From positions 58,840,001 through 58,904,000 of the forward strand of contig NC_058382.1 of NCBI RefSeq assembly GCF_018350175.1: a stretch of DNA of 64,000 nt, written 5' to 3'. Origin of the DNA: Felis catus. Taxonomy: Eukaryota. Position 1 is the stretch's first letter. Every line of letters starts with the position of its first letter. Positions 22,201-35,632 of this stretch are shown here, piece after piece. The notes below the pieces were generated by a model, which was not told where the DNA came from, ran no database searches, and was given only the letters and a program-made list of their open reading frames with translations. A program made the position numbers and the translations under genes.

Positions 22201-25200
22201 AAATAAAAGTTAGAGTTCCTTTCTCTGGACGACTCTGTGCAGCCAGATGCTGCTTCCTGGGGACCCGTCTCAGGCCAAGACTGAACCACAGGCAGCCCCG
22301 GACTGTATCGGGGTTACAGCGTGGGAACCACTTGGCCTGCGTATCACACATGCCCAGCAAATAAAAACTATGTCCCGAGGCCTTTCCCATGGAAGAAAAG
22401 GGACAGAGTGACAAGGCAAATAACAGCAAGGACGAACAAGGAGGCAGAAGGCGCGAGATAGAAGCAGGGTCTCTAAGGAGGTGTGGCGGGGAGGCGGGGG
22501 GCGCACAGCACAGCAGAGCGGCCAGAGATCGGGAGCCAGCTCATCTGGGCCCGCCATGTCGGATGTCCCCGCGGCTCTCTGGTGTACCCAGGCTTTCCCC
22601 TTAATGTGTGTTAGTTGTTTTAATCTGGACTCTGGACTCCGCTGGCCCAGGCTGTACCGAGAACTGGGGTCTGCGGTCCCTCCTTTGACCGGCATTTTAA
22701 CCAGGCAGCAGAGTGTGGGAGGCTGAGCCTGCCTGCGACTGAACCCCAGGGGCATTTCACACCGGTGCCCAGAGCGTGGCGGTGGGCAGCGGTGGGGATG
22801 GACAGGCAGTTGCCGGCTGCTCAGCGGAGTTCTAGAGGACTTCCTGGAGGAGGGGGCTTTTGAGCTGGGTCTTGGAAACTGCGTAACAATTCATCCCGCA
22901 GGCGTGAGGCCAGCTGAGCCCCTCCCCCTGACTTCGCCCGTGCTCTGACCAGGGAACGGGGATTCAGGCGACCGCGTCGAATGGCAGGAACACTTAATGT
23001 TGTCACCAACTCCTCTGGGAGAAGAAGTTTAAACAGAGCAGACTCCTGAGGCCGGCAGAGGGACACAGGAGGAGACAGAACTGGAGGGGGGACGGTGCAG
23101 AGAAAGAGAGGCGAGGCACCTGGGGATCCCAAAGTGTCAGCTAGTCAAAGGTAACCGCTTAACAGCATGACTCAAATGTGCCTGGCGTTTCTATGTCTCC
23201 TCTGTGACCCTCCTAATTCAGGTGGATGCAATCGGCTGAGGTTCGCGGGGGGCCAGTTCAAGGACACGCAGCTAGGAAATCACAGAGCAGGATTTGAACC
23301 CAGGCAGTTTGGCTCCAGTGCCCTCACTCTAACACCTGGCACCTGCCAACAAGATTTTCCCAGATACCAAGGGACAGGTGCCTGTAGGGGGACATTTGCT
23401 CATAGCCTCCCCCAGGATCCCCACCAACAGGATGGGGGCTCAGAGGACAGGGGGACCCTGGCAGCCATGATGTGATCACCTCCGACAGCCCCCCGTCCCC
23501 TCAGGTGCCTTCTGCCTTCCCGGATCTTGCCCACGTTCTCCTGCAGGTAAGGGGGGGAGGGGACTTTCAAGTTCACTGACTTTTCCCAGCCCGCACCACT
23601 GCTATTGAGCAGATGTCTGGGCCCCCCCCCCGCCACCCATGCAGCCAGTGACTTGGCCGGATGTCGTGGGCTACGCTGGGGGGCCCCAGGGAGACAGTTC
23701 CAGTTCCACGAGGACACCTGCCCTTTCCAGCCTCTGGGCCCTTGCTCTCGCGGATCCTAACGCCTCCAGCACCCTCGTGGCAGCATCTGGAAAACCGCAC
23801 ACGTCCGTGGGGACCCACCCGTTCCATGAACAGTGTATCGTCACTTCTTGTGAGCTGGTAACACGTGTGGTGTCCCCCTTCCATTTGCAGCTCAGTTGCC
23901 GACCTATCCCCGCCCCCAGGGTATTGTCTGCGCCTCGCACGGAACAGGTGGTCGTCAAGTGAGACCTCCTAACCTTCAGTGGGCACCACCCCCCTCTACT
24001 CCACGGCCCCCTGGCCCCCAAGGGACCCAGGGCTTGGAGCCCGCTTCCGAGAAGTCCCCAGGTCCTGGCCCTGGACCAGCCTCGTTGGTGCCTCTGGGGA
24101 GCACCGTGTCGTCTCCAAGAGGAGAAGACAGGCACTCCTTCCCAAGTCCCCAGCCGCTGGCCCCACTGGCGATATTCCACTCTCTCTTCAGAGTGGACTG
24201 GGACCCAAGTCCAACTCTAAGAGTTAAAATAATACACATTCTGCGATGACTAATATGGGGGGAAATCCAGTGCTTCTCAGGAAATCATATTCCACAGGCT
24301 GTGTTACCTTTTGCTGGGAAACTCCCAGTTCCCACCAGAGAGACGAGAAAAGCCATCCATTTCCAGGCAGCCGAGCCAGGGCAGGACCCGGGCCTCCAAC
24401 CGTGGCTCGTCGGCTGCACTCAGAACACCTGTCCTCCGGCAGGAACAGACCCCTTCCAGATAAACACACGGCCTTTGGGAATGAGGCCCGGCTGGGGAAA
24501 GGGGTCCGTCCGCCCCGCTCCGGATATCCTGGACAACAGTCAAAACGCTTCCTTCCACTGTCTTAGAGAAAAATGGCATCTCTATCTAGCCAATGCTTTT
24601 TTTTTTTTTTCCTTTTTGACTGGAGAACCACGCTGAGAATGCTTTCCAAAAAGCCAGAGCCACCTGGAAATATCCCCCTGGACGTAGCTGAGTCTGTGGC
24701 TTTCTCTCATTCGTTCCTTTATTCCTTCCTTTACACGTTCAACAGATCTGTATTGAGCACCCGCTCCATAAATAATACCCGGGGTGGGGGCTATATCCTG
24801 TCAGACAGGGTCCCTTTCCTTGGGGTTCCTGCTCTATTATCAACCCGGGCCTGGCAAAGGTGGCTAGAGTCACTGCTGAGGCAGGAGCCCCACTTCTCAG
24901 CCCGCCCGGCAAGCAGGCGGGAGCAGGGGACCCCTTGGCTGGTCCTCATCTAGACAATGTGAGCAGAAGGGGCGTAAGGACCCAGTTGGAGAAGACACAC
25001 ACGCCGTCCGGCCACGTTCTCCTTCCCGTCTGCTCGCGGGATGTGGAGCACTCTGACGTCCTCGGGGACGCAGAGCCACAAGCTGGCAGGAGCCTGGGCC
25101 CTTCCTCCCGTGACTCCCCTGGAGCAGTAAGAACCCACAACGCCCATCGCAGTGCCCACCCGCTGAGCCCTGCCCACCATCACTGCTGCATCAGACGTGG

Positions 25201-28200
25201 CTGAACCCCTTTTGAGGCTTCCCAAGGCGGGCACCAGCCAGCCTCCCACCACCAGGGCCGGACCCGGGGGAGGAGCAGAAAGTAGGACGGAGCAGAGGAG
25301 GAGCTTGGCTGGGGCAGTCCCGACAAAGGCCACCACCCCGGGGAGCTCAGAGTTGTCCCACGCCGGGGTGGGGCTGGGCCTCACACCCTGTGAGACCTGT
25401 CATACAGCTGCCACACAAACCCAGGATGTGACACTGGTCAAGACACATCCCTCCCGCTACAGGAACCCCAGAGAGAGTGTGTCCACTGCACGTCCTCTCA
25501 GCCCCTGGGGGGCTGAGTCCTTTCTTGAGGGCCATCTGGGCAATGTGTCCCAGAACCCACCTGTTCTAGGGTCCCAGCCACCCCATCAGAGACGACCAGC
25601 GACAGTCCCTGCTTCTCGGGGACACGAGCTCCCAAGTTAAAGCCAGGCACAGGTCGGTCTGGCCGGCGGAGTGCAGGTCCCGTGTCCACATCCCCACCAC
25701 TGGGAGGCAAGGGGAGTGACCGCCTAGACCATCAGCTTCTGAGCTCGGTTTCCCTGGGTGGCCAGAAAGAAGGACAAGACATCGCTGCACGCGGAGGTGA
25801 CCCCGTGGGCAGTCAGGGGCCCGGCAGGAGACCGCCGAGGCGAGGTCAGTACGAGGCGACCCTGTAGGAAGCGTGTCTGGAAGTCAGAGGTGCAGGGCCC
25901 AGCCCTGGCAGGGACAGCGACAGGGTCACTGGAAACCCAAGAGGATAGCGTGTGCAAACGTCACCCCAGTGACCCAGTGGGGAGCAGCCTGAGCGCCCTC
26001 TCCCCGCACCTGCCAAGGAAGGGACAGTCACCCCCTGACAGGCCAGCACCTCCGGAAAACAAGGAAGAGCTCACACCTGCTGAGTCTCCACTCAGTGTGG
26101 AGCATCTCACTGGCACCTGACATAGTCTCGCATTTACTCTCACGCCAATCCCGAGACCGATCCCAGTCCACTCCGCGTGTGGCACATCCTCCGGGCGCTC
26201 CCCTCCTGGCCCTCACCCTGGCCCCTTCCACGCTCTCGGCCCCAGGACCAGCAGCCACCTGTGGACCGGGAGTCGATGCCCCCGAGCTGCCTCTGGTGCT
26301 GGGCCGGGGGGTGGGGGAGGGGAGGTGGGGGCGGGGAAGGCTGCAGGGGTGAGGGACAAACATCCCACAGAGACGGCCCTGCCAGTGATGACGGGAACAC
26401 TGCTCCGGACGCCTCGGAGGTGTGTGCTCTGCGCTCTGCTCTGCCTTCCAGAGTTTTCTCAGGGGGGTAAAGCTCCAGTGATCCACAAGGGTACCTGGCC
26501 TGACAACGTAGCTGTTCTGGCCCCCTCGCTCGGTTCTTACCCTACACCCTGCCCCCTGTTCCCGCCCCCCAAATAACCCTTCACTCCAATCCTCATCACA
26601 GGGCCTGCCTCGAGGAGAGCCAAACAGGGAAGAAGCCGAGAGCGCTCGACTGACGCACCCCAGGCCACACAGCCTCTCCGCGTTGAGCAGCCAGGGACCC
26701 CGCCGGAGCCGCAGGTCTCGGAAGTGCTGGTATTCCCAAGTCCAGAGACTCCCCAGGCTCCCGGGCGCGTACCCAGTGAGCGTCAGGGCCCTGTCTTACG
26801 TGTGCCATGAACATCACACGCTTCGCTCTGCCAAGGAATGTTCCAGAAGGAGCCTGGTACTGCTTCTGGCTGGTGGCCAGCCCCGTTCCTCCTTGGCCAC
26901 TCGGGGGGCCAGGCTTCTGTTCCCTGCACGCACAGCACACGTGTGAGGAGGGTCGGGCTGTGTCGGGAGGAGAGCGGGAGCGCGGGGACCAGCGGATCTG
27001 GGCGGGGCCCACGCCAGGGCTTTCTGCATTCAGGGCCGTGCTCCGCACTCACCTCAGCCCTGCGAGCGGCAGGTTAGAGAGCCCCTCCCACCCACCTTCC
27101 CAAATGCAGTTCTGAGGGTGCCACTCCTTGGCCCAAATCCCTGCCAGGTTCCCTGGTTAACATCACAAGTCCTTAACCTGACTGCAAACCCCACGAGGCC
27201 TGGGCCCCAAGCCCCAAAGCCCTCCCGCCCCCTCCTCCACCACGTTCTTCCATGGGGCCCTCCTCCCAGGCCGGAGGAAGGTGGGGAAGCACGAGCAGGG
27301 GCCACGGCATACCCGTGAGCTGTCACACAGGCACCAGGCCTCAGTGCCTCACCCTCTTACCAGTGGGGGAACTGAGGCACGAGAGAGGCTGTATGCCTTT
27401 CCCGGGGTGACGCAGCTAACGATGAGCTAGGCCTGGAGTCCACGGTCGTTCTGTAAGGCCCGGTCTGCACGGGCCACCCCTCCCAAGTGTTCAGAGAGCA
27501 TCGGTCAAGCAGCCTGGTCTGGACAGGACAGCAAAGACAAGGTGAGACGCTGGCAAGAGATGAGAACGGGGCGGGGGGGTGGCCTCCAGGAGGAGGCAGC
27601 GTTTAGGCTGGGCTGGGGAGGCAGAGCAGGGTTTAAATGGGAAGGGACTCGGGAACAGCCAGGCAGTGCTCGTGGTGACCCGGACGGCATCAGCAGGGGT
27701 AGGAAGGTGTCCGGGAGACCGTGGGCTCGGTGCGGCTCTGGGAAACGGATCTGGTCGGTGGGCTCCCGGAGGGACAAGAAGTGGTTTTCGCAGGCTGCCC
27801 GACGGCAGGGCACAAGGGGCCGTTCATCGAGGGGGCCCATGTGAGCGCCCGTTTTTGGCTGCAAGTTCCTGGGGCGTTTTGAGTAGCGTGTGAAATCACA
27901 TTTATACAGAGAGGTGGGAACCTTTCTGAGCAGCCATTTATTCCCCAAAATAGGTTCGCAAATCTTGGGGATGCTGAGCCCGTGACTGGCATTTCACACA
28001 GCCCGGGGCTTCTCCGCCAGCCCGGGAGAGGCGGTCCTGGGAGAGCGGGCCGAGGCCGGCTTCTCTTCTGTTCCTGCCCTCCGACGTCTGGGTGCACAGC
28101 CACCAAGTGGACGCATGTGTTTAATTTGGCAGTGGGACGTTGGAAGGGGCTGGGAAGCCTCGGGGATATTTGGAGCTGCCGAGGATCCAGTCACTGGCTT

Positions 28201-28473
28201 CAAACAGATTTGCATTCCTATATACATCTGCTGCTCCGGGCCTGCGCTGGAAACGGAGGCTTATTCATCAAGCAGGGTGGAATGTGGTCCCCGGGGCTGC
28301 TGGCTCCCATCCCTCTCCCTGGCCCATGTAATCAATCATGTAAATAGCAAGTAATCTGCAAGGAACAATAGAGCCGTGTGGTGCGTTTGTAGGATCCTGG
28401 CAGAGACGGGGCTCTGCGGGCAGTGGGCTGGATGGGGTTCGGACCCGGACAGCAAGAGGTTTGTGGAGTCTCG

Positions 28474-28842
28474 CTGCTATGGCTTGAACCGTGCTCCCCC
28501 ACTTCACGCGCTGACATCCTAGCCCCCACGGGGATGGTGTCTGCAGGTGGGGACCTCGGGGAGGTGAGGAGGGGGATTAGACGAGGTCATGGGGTGGGAC
28601 CCTCATGATGGGACTAGTGGCTTTCTAAGAAGAGGAAGAGGGAGGTCACTCTCTCTCCACCGTGTGAGGACACGGGCAGGAGACGGCCCTCTGCAGGCCA
28701 GGACGAGAGTCCTCAGCGGGAACGGCCTCTGCAGGTGTTTCGATCCCGGACGCCCAGCCTCGGGAGGCATGAGGGATACACGTCTGTGGTCTGAGCCCCC
28801 CGGTCTGTGCCGCTGTGTTGCAGCAGCCCACGCGGACGGATA
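28474..28842 (+). mobile_element. MLT1A/MST-like solo LTR
   Basis: Starts TGCTATGGCTTGAA; contains GAGGTCATGGGGTGGGACCCTCATGATGGGACTAGTG...TAAGAAGAGGAAGAG...GTGTGAGGACAC; ends TGTTGCAGCAGCCC. Confidence 0.85.
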
Positions 28843-31800
28843 CTCGGCGGAGGGCAGCGCAGAGGCCGGGGGATGTCTCGCCAGGCAGCAAGCCGGATGG
28901 AAACCCCGGCGGACGAGAGACCAGTGTCAGAGAGGCCCTGAGGAGAAGCGGGTGGAGGTGGCCAGGAAGAGGTGGCCTCGCTCCTTCCTTGCAGCGACAG
29001 AAGGGCTCCCGCAGGTGTCCGTGGGATACGTGGCCGCCACTGCTCTGCCTCCCGTTCAGCTCGGCGCTCTCGCCAGGGGGGCGTGGGACCCCAGTCACCT
29101 CTCATGAGGCATGGCTTGCTGTCCGTTCCGCTCCTCCTTGTCCGGGCTGGAGCACCCATGTGGTGCTCCGGGTCAGCTTCCAGCCCGTGGGCAAGGGCAC
29201 CACCCTCCTCCGGGGACCGGGGGGCGGCCAGGAACACGGCTGAGGGGACCTGGACCCTTGCACGAGCTTGCGGCGTGCAGGTGTCTGGCCGGCCCAGACC
29301 GTCCCCACGCTACGGGACAGCCAGGCCTCCGGTCACATGAGCGGCTGTCCTGCTGGGTCCTTTACTGTTGCAGAAACCAGGCCTGAACCTCACTAATCCG
29401 CGGGCTGAGTTCGGAATTCACTCCCTGGGGAACCGTCCTTCTCATCCTCAAGAGGAAGTTGTGCATTCAATGGCTTGATGCGATGGCGATGGCAATGGCG
29501 ATGGCGATGGCGAGTGAGATCAACGCCATTCAGAGCCGAGGCCCCGTGGGCTGATGCCTGTACCCACGAGTGCAGGGGGACAGGCTCGTTGCCCTGGAGA
29601 TGCATGGGATGATCTGGTCATGTCCATGGCAGAAGGGACCGAGGGGGTCCCCGGGGATGCAGAAGGTGGCTGCCGGGAGCCCACTTTCCTAGAAGGCACA
29701 CAGCGACCCAGAGTCAGACCGAGGGGGCTCCGACTCCACCCCCCCCCCCCACTAACACTAGTGGCAGCTGGTGCCACACGGCAACGTCTGCCATCTCCCG
29801 GCTCTTCCTTCCAGGCTTCTGAGCACGTGGCAGGATGGCCCTTCCGGGACCACACAGCTGGTTCCAGCCAGTGAGTCACGACTGTAACACTTCCGGGTCA
29901 GACTACTTAATTTCTGTCCTCAGACCCTGGAGAGACCCCTCAGAGCCCATTCCCTCTGTCACAGTCCAAGGTGGCGGCTGGGTCCCCGAGTGACCTCGGG
30001 GGCCCCAGCAGCCCACAGTGTGCATACAGCAGGAGCATAATTACACCTTCATCTTTTGAAGCCACTGAGATCTGGGGGGGTGTCTGCTGCTCGACCACCC
30101 TGACGGACGCCCCCAGCCGTGTGGCCTTAAGTGACTCACTCGGCTTCTCTGAGCCTCGGGGTTTCACCTTCAGCACCCTGGGGACACGGCGCGATATTTG
30201 TCTACTGCTTCTGCCTGTGGACAGAGGAAGGGGAGGGTCTATCTAGTGAGAGCTCAGCACAGACCCCAGCGTTCGGTCGGTGCCCGTCGGCCACCCCGAC
30301 TCCTGCCGGCCCACCCGGGCTGATCCGCACACCGGCACCCGCCAGCTTTCACGTTTGCACCTTTCCTTCTCTCCCTGGACTTCATTCCCGGACTGCTCGG
30401 TTTGGCTGAGGCCCCTGGGGTTTGACGTGTGCTGTTTGACACCCAGGTGACACGTTACAAAGTCCAGGAGCCTTTGTCAGGAAGGCAAGACGGCAACAAC
30501 TGCCTACTTTCTCTGGGGTTGCAGGGTTTTCCATTCGCCATTAGCTGAACTTTCAGAACTTGGAAGGAAGACAGAAAGCTGTACACACTTCCAAGAATTC
30601 TGGAGGCAAGTTCCACAGAGTACACGACTCACTACGCGTGAACCTAAGTCCCCGTCGGGGACGCAGAGACTGCAAAAGCCCCCAGGGAGAGCCGGGCACG
30701 CGCCCCCGCAGCAGATCCGGGCTCTGCTCCGTGGCAGGGGAGGGCACAGGCACGGGGGCCATGTGGCCTGAGTCCAGCCGCGGCCCCGCCACTTACAGCC
30801 TGGCTCCCCCACGCGTCTCCGATGTCCCTCTCTGTAAAACGGCAAGTAAGAGCCGCTTCAGAGGGTGGCCACTGGGGTGAAGCAGTCGAGCCCCGAGGAG
30901 CATTTAGGAACCATGCCTGGCATGGCGCAAAAGCTCGGAATAGCCCAGCCACTCATTTTCACATTATTATTGTCGCCAGTTTGGATCCACACCAGCCGCC
31001 TTCCCCTCCTGGAGGCCCTGCTCGTCCGTCCAACCTTCTCGGCCACTGTGCCTGACGTTGTGATGAGGTGAGATCCCCCGGGGGGCAAGTCACAGAGAAG
31101 TGGCGAGACAGGACTGCTCAAGGTACTGAAATGTGCAAACGATTCACTGTGTTATGGACTCGGCCTGATTTATCCGGGGTTCACCTCACTTCACAGAGCA
31201 GACCTGACTTATTGGAACCTGGTCAATGTTCTCCTGCCCATGGCGTCATCCTCACTTACGTGCTCTGATATACTTTCTTTTTCACTGTATAGATAGTAAG
31301 TGAAAAAAGACTAGAAAATTCAGATAGACACAACCAGGAAAATGAAGGACACTAGAAACGCCCAGGCCCACCGGGAAAGGCTGCCACCAGGTGACTGCAT
31401 ACTCTTGTCCCACACCAGGCCACCTGACACCCAGGCTTGTCACCCTGAGCTCCACTCCCAGGCTCGGCTCAAGCCCTGGGACAGAGACGCCCACAGTGGC
31501 TGTGCCGGGCTCCTCGACCTCTCCAGGTCCGTCCCCTCCACCTTGCCCTGCGCCCCCCGGGGCAGGTATGAAGGAGCCAGTCAATTCCTTGGACTCTGGC
31601 TTCCAGCTGAGTTCGGCCGATGAGACGGGACAGGAGCCAAGGGCGGGAAGAAGGGGGAAGCCTGAGGGTTTCTTTCCCGTCCCCCTCCGTGCAGGTCCCC
31701 GTGTGGCTGCATCCATGAGACAGCCCTCCCCCCTTGGGAGCCCCTTCTCCACTCCCGGCATTATCGTCCTATCTCCCTGTCCCTCTCCACAGCCAGGTTT

Positions 31801-32745
31801 CCGTGGACCCCGCCCAGGCCTTTGCAGACAGTCCCTTTATCACCCTCTCCCGGTCACCCGGTTGAGTGTGCCGTCTCACGAGGGCTTGCGGTCCAGCGAG
31901 AAGACAGCGGGATCCAGAAACAGGTGCATTGAGGGGCCCAGGATCTCCTGGCCACAAAGAAATCAGAGCAACCCAGGGACTCCAGGGGTCCTGCTCAGGA
32001 GGACACCGCGATCGCCGGAGAGAGAGATGGCCCTCATGGAGAAGAACCGCGAGCCAGGGCCACCATAAGGTGGGAGGGGCTTGCGCTCATTCAGCACATC
32101 TTCAGCGAGGGTCGCTCCAGTGCCAGGCCTTTCGCGAGGCGCTGGGCTGCCGCGGGGAGCAGCCGGCACACCCTCCCCTAACGGGGCGTTTATTCCAGCA
32201 GGCAAGGCAGAGCCGAGTGGCAAAGCAGCAAAAAACAGTAAGACCATCACAGGCTGTGGCAGCTGCCACGGGGATGGAGTGAGTGGCCGGCATCGGAGGT
32301 GAGCACTGGCTGCAGAGTGGGCTGGGTCCCCCGAGTGACATCAGGCAGCAGGCGGTCGCAGAAGTGGATCAATTCACTCCCCTCCCCCCCCCCCCCCCCC
32401 CCCCGCCACGTTTCTTCCCGGAGACAGAAGGCCTCTTTCAACCCTCTGATTAAGTCTCCGTTCGGCACTGAAAGGCCTTTAATACTTCTCTAACCTTTAT
32501 CGATCACTGTGCCCCCACGCCCCTTCCCAAAAGAGAGAGCAGGACCAGGGCTGTGACTCGCCTGGACTCAGTTGCAGTGTTCTTATTTCCAGTGTTTACC
32601 GTTACGATTACTCTCTGGTTCTGTTAAGGACACTGGTTTTCCATTTACAATGGCGACACGGAGCTTTCTCTGAAAACACATACATCGAAAAAGCAAACGA
32701 GGAGTCTAGTTAAACATCCTAAATGATTAAGAATTCGGGAAAGTG

Positions 32746-32872
32746 GGGGTGCCTGGGTGGGTCAGTCGGTTAAGCGTCCGACTTCAGCCCAGGTCAGGAT
32801 CTTGAGGTTCGTGAGTTCGAGCCCCACATCGGGCTCTGTGCTGACAGCTCAGAGCCTGGACCCTGCTTCCGA

Positions 32873-32913
<41 letters not shown>

Positions 32914-33023
32914 TCTCTCTCTCTCTGTCTCTACCCCATCCCTACTTATGCTCTGTCTCTCTCAAAAATAAATAAACGTTTTAAAAAATTAAACTGGTTC
33001 TCAACCAGAAACAATAAAAAAAA
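32746..33023 (+). mobile_element. Feline Can-SINE with internal (GT)n expansion, extended 3' end and 15-bp TSD
   Basis: Head GGGGTGCCTGGGTGGGTCAGTCGGTTAAGCG; TSD AAGAATTCGGGAAAG at 32729-32743 and 33024-33038. Confidence 0.95.
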
Positions 33024-33111
33024 AAGAATTCGGGAAAGGGGGGTGCACAGCCGGATGGTGCAGGAGCCACCCTGGCCCCACAATTTCAGACAGTCTGGAA
33101 TTGTGTGGCCC

Positions 33112-33278
33112 GCAGCCGTGGTTTTCAAGGAGGGGTGCCCAGGCCAGCAGCTCCAGCAAAGTCTCAGACCTCAGCCCAGCCCCACAGATTCAGAAACTTC
33201 CAGGGTGGGGCCCAGGCGACGGAGTTCACCACGCCCTCCAGGGGCCCCAGATGCTCGCCCAAATGTTCGAACCACGAT
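33112..33278 (+). mobile_element. MER5A-like MITE
   Basis: GTGGTTTTCAAG...CCAGCAGC...ATTCAGAAACT...GGGTGGGGCCCAG...GCCCTCCAGG...GATGCTCGC...TTCGAACCAC. Confidence 0.65.
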
Positions 33279-33744
33279 CCGCAACCTTTGGCCCAGGCGG
33301 TGCCGTTCCGGCTCAGACCGAACGGAAACCACTCAGAGGCAGAAACTGAACGAGGGATTCGACAAAGGCCTTGACCACACTGCTCGGAGGCCTTTCAGAC
33401 GCACTTTACCCAAGACGGAAGTTTGGAACTTGCCAAATGGATTCGCGACGCCGGCCCCCGTCGCTCTTTACTCAAAATCCACGTCCGGAAACAGCAAGGA
33501 CTTCACCGGCCTTGGCAGCCTGCGGGGGACAGCTGCGGAGCAAACTCATCACCGCGCGTCAGCGCTTCCCAAATTTCTGAGCGCGACCCACCTGCCGTAA
33601 GACACACATCTTACAAATCACAGAGAACCCCAACCAGAGGCTCGGGGCGCCACACTGAACCTCGCTGAGAGCCCTGTACTTTGGTCACTTCTATCCTGGT
33701 TCATTTTTCAAATGCTGGTCTCGATGCGCTCAATAAAGGTAGAT

Positions 33745-33925
33745 CGGGGATCGGGGATCGGGAAACGTTTCCCTGCAGGGCCAGATGGCAAGTGTTTCGG
33801 GCTTCGAGGTCACATGGCGTGCTGCTACTTCTCAAGTCTGCCCTCGTAGCGTGCTCTAGGAAACTACTTGAAAGCCGGACGCGAGCGGTAGCTTGCTGTG
33901 TGGGGTAGATGTTTCCCCCCACCCC
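33745..33925 (-). mobile_element. MER58-like MITE fragment
   Basis: GGGATCGGGAAACGTTTCCCTGCAGGGCCAGATGGCAAGTGTTTCGGGCTT...CTACTTCTCAAGTCTGCC. Confidence 0.55.
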
Positions 33926-35180
33926 AGTTTCCCACCGAGCGCTCCTTCCCCAGCTGCTGGGAGAGCTGGCTACTGGCGACTAGCGGCCGACCCCTCTCGG
34001 GGGTGGCCTCCAGCTGAGGAGGGCGGCCCACACTCGGGGACGGGTCCAGCCTGGGAATCAGGACAGAGGGCTGTCCCTCTGCAGAGATCCCCCTGGATGG
34101 TGACCTCACAGCCCCAGCCACCACCCCCCAGGCATTGCTCATGCCCTACAGGGAGCCTCCCTCGTGTCTCAGGCCTCTTTGCCCAGGGAAGCCAGAGCCC
34201 GCCGAAAGGCGGCAGACACGAGAAAAAGACTGGATTAACCTGCTTCTCAGACTCAGGGGGCGGCCCCCAAAGTCCACGGCTTGAGGACAAAGATCTGGGC
34301 AGCCCGTGCGTGTCCGCCCCTCCCGTAGGCAGAAACTCCTGGGCAGACCCGGGGAGACAGCCGCGGGGGCGCCCAGGGGAGAGACCCTTGCGTTGGCTCC
34401 AGCATCTCCAAGGTATGGCAGTTTTTATCAATCCATGACCTGCCCGTTTGTCCCACAGATGGATAAGCGCCTGGAAAACCTCCGCGCCACCCCCCCACAA
34501 CGGTGCCATCAGCTGAGGGAAGAGAAATACCTGTCTCTCAGGTCCCTGAGACCCAACAAGTGTGGACCAGCCAGGAGGGATGCACTTGACCTCGCCTCCC
34601 ACCGGGACCCCGCCCTCACTGTTGTCAGGTGGGTAGCGGGGGGAGCGTGGTCCAGTCACGCGACACCTGTCGTTGGATACCGGCAGAGACGCAGAAGTCG
34701 CGGACGCAATCGTGACGAGAGAGGGTCTGTGGGCAAACAGGTGAGCAGACTGTGGGGAATCCAGACAAGCTACGCAGCGATGTAAACCAAGCGACCAAAG
34801 GACGGCCCTCGGGACCTGAAACATCATTACCACATCCCGCTGCACGGAGGGGGCCGGGCCCCATGGGCCTGTGCCGTTCGGCTTCATTTAAGTTAGGTTC
34901 TGGGACAGGCCAAGCCAACCTCTGGCCACAGAACGCCGAGGGGGGATCTGGGGGGGGGGGGGCTGCAGGCCGCCGGGCAGGAACGCAGGGAGCTCCAGCA
35001 GAGAAGGAAGCCGTCTGCGTCCATCGTGGTGGCCATCACAGGACCTCGCACACGGCCCAGCTCGTCGAGCCGTGCTCCTGAGGTTCTGCAGCAAGGCTGG
35101 GGGAGTTGTGAACACATGGTGAACATTTGCTGTTCATTTCTTTTGATTTTTTGTATTTTCAGAACTTTCTGCTATTTTAA

Positions 35181-35401
35181 TTGTTTTTAATGTTTTAAAA
35201 CGTTTAGTTATTTTGAGAGAGAGAGTGCACACGTGACCGGAGTGGGGGGGGGTGTGGAGGGTAGGGAGAGAGAACCCCAAGCAGGCCCTCAGCTGTCAGT
35301 GTGGAGCCTGACATGGGGCTCGAACTCACAAACTGTGAGATCATGACCTGAGCTGAAACCGAGAGCCAGACGCTTAACTGACTGAGGCACCTAGGTGCCC
35401 C
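35181..35401 (-). mobile_element. Older feline Can-SINE (SINEC_Fc2-like)
   Basis: GAGAGAACCCCAAGCAGG...GGGGCTCGAACTCACAAACTGTGAGATCATGACCTGAGCTGAAACC...CTTAACTGACTGAG...GGTGCCCC. Confidence 0.92.
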
Positions 35402-35420
35402 AGTTTTCTGCTATTTTTAA

Positions 35421-35632
35421 TTTTTTTCAGTGTTTATTTATTTTTGAGAGACACAGAGAGACAGAGCACGAGTGGGGAAGGGGCAGAGAGAGAAGGAGAC
35501 ACAGAATCCGAAGCAGGCTCCAGGGTCCGAGCTGTCAGCACAGAGCCCGACGTGGGGCTCGAACTCACGAACGGTGACATCATGACCTGAGCCAAAGTCA
35601 GACACTTAACTGACGGAGCCACCAGGCACCCC
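35421..35632 (-). mobile_element. Feline Can-SINE (SINEC_Fc) with 19-bp TSD
   Basis: Full-length body; TSD AGTTTTCTGCTATTTTTAA at 35402-35420 and 35633-35651. Confidence 0.95.

Noticed and set aside
31391..32068. 225-aa Pro/Ser-rich ORF
   Set aside because: No recognisable homology, and its middle (about 31570-31700) resembles an old ERVL-type LTR fragment.
33970..34887. Longest ORF in the window (305 aa, minus strand)
   Set aside because: It has Pro/Gly/Ser/Arg-rich composition typical of GC-rich non-coding DNA, no recognisable domain, and overlapping ORFs in other frames.
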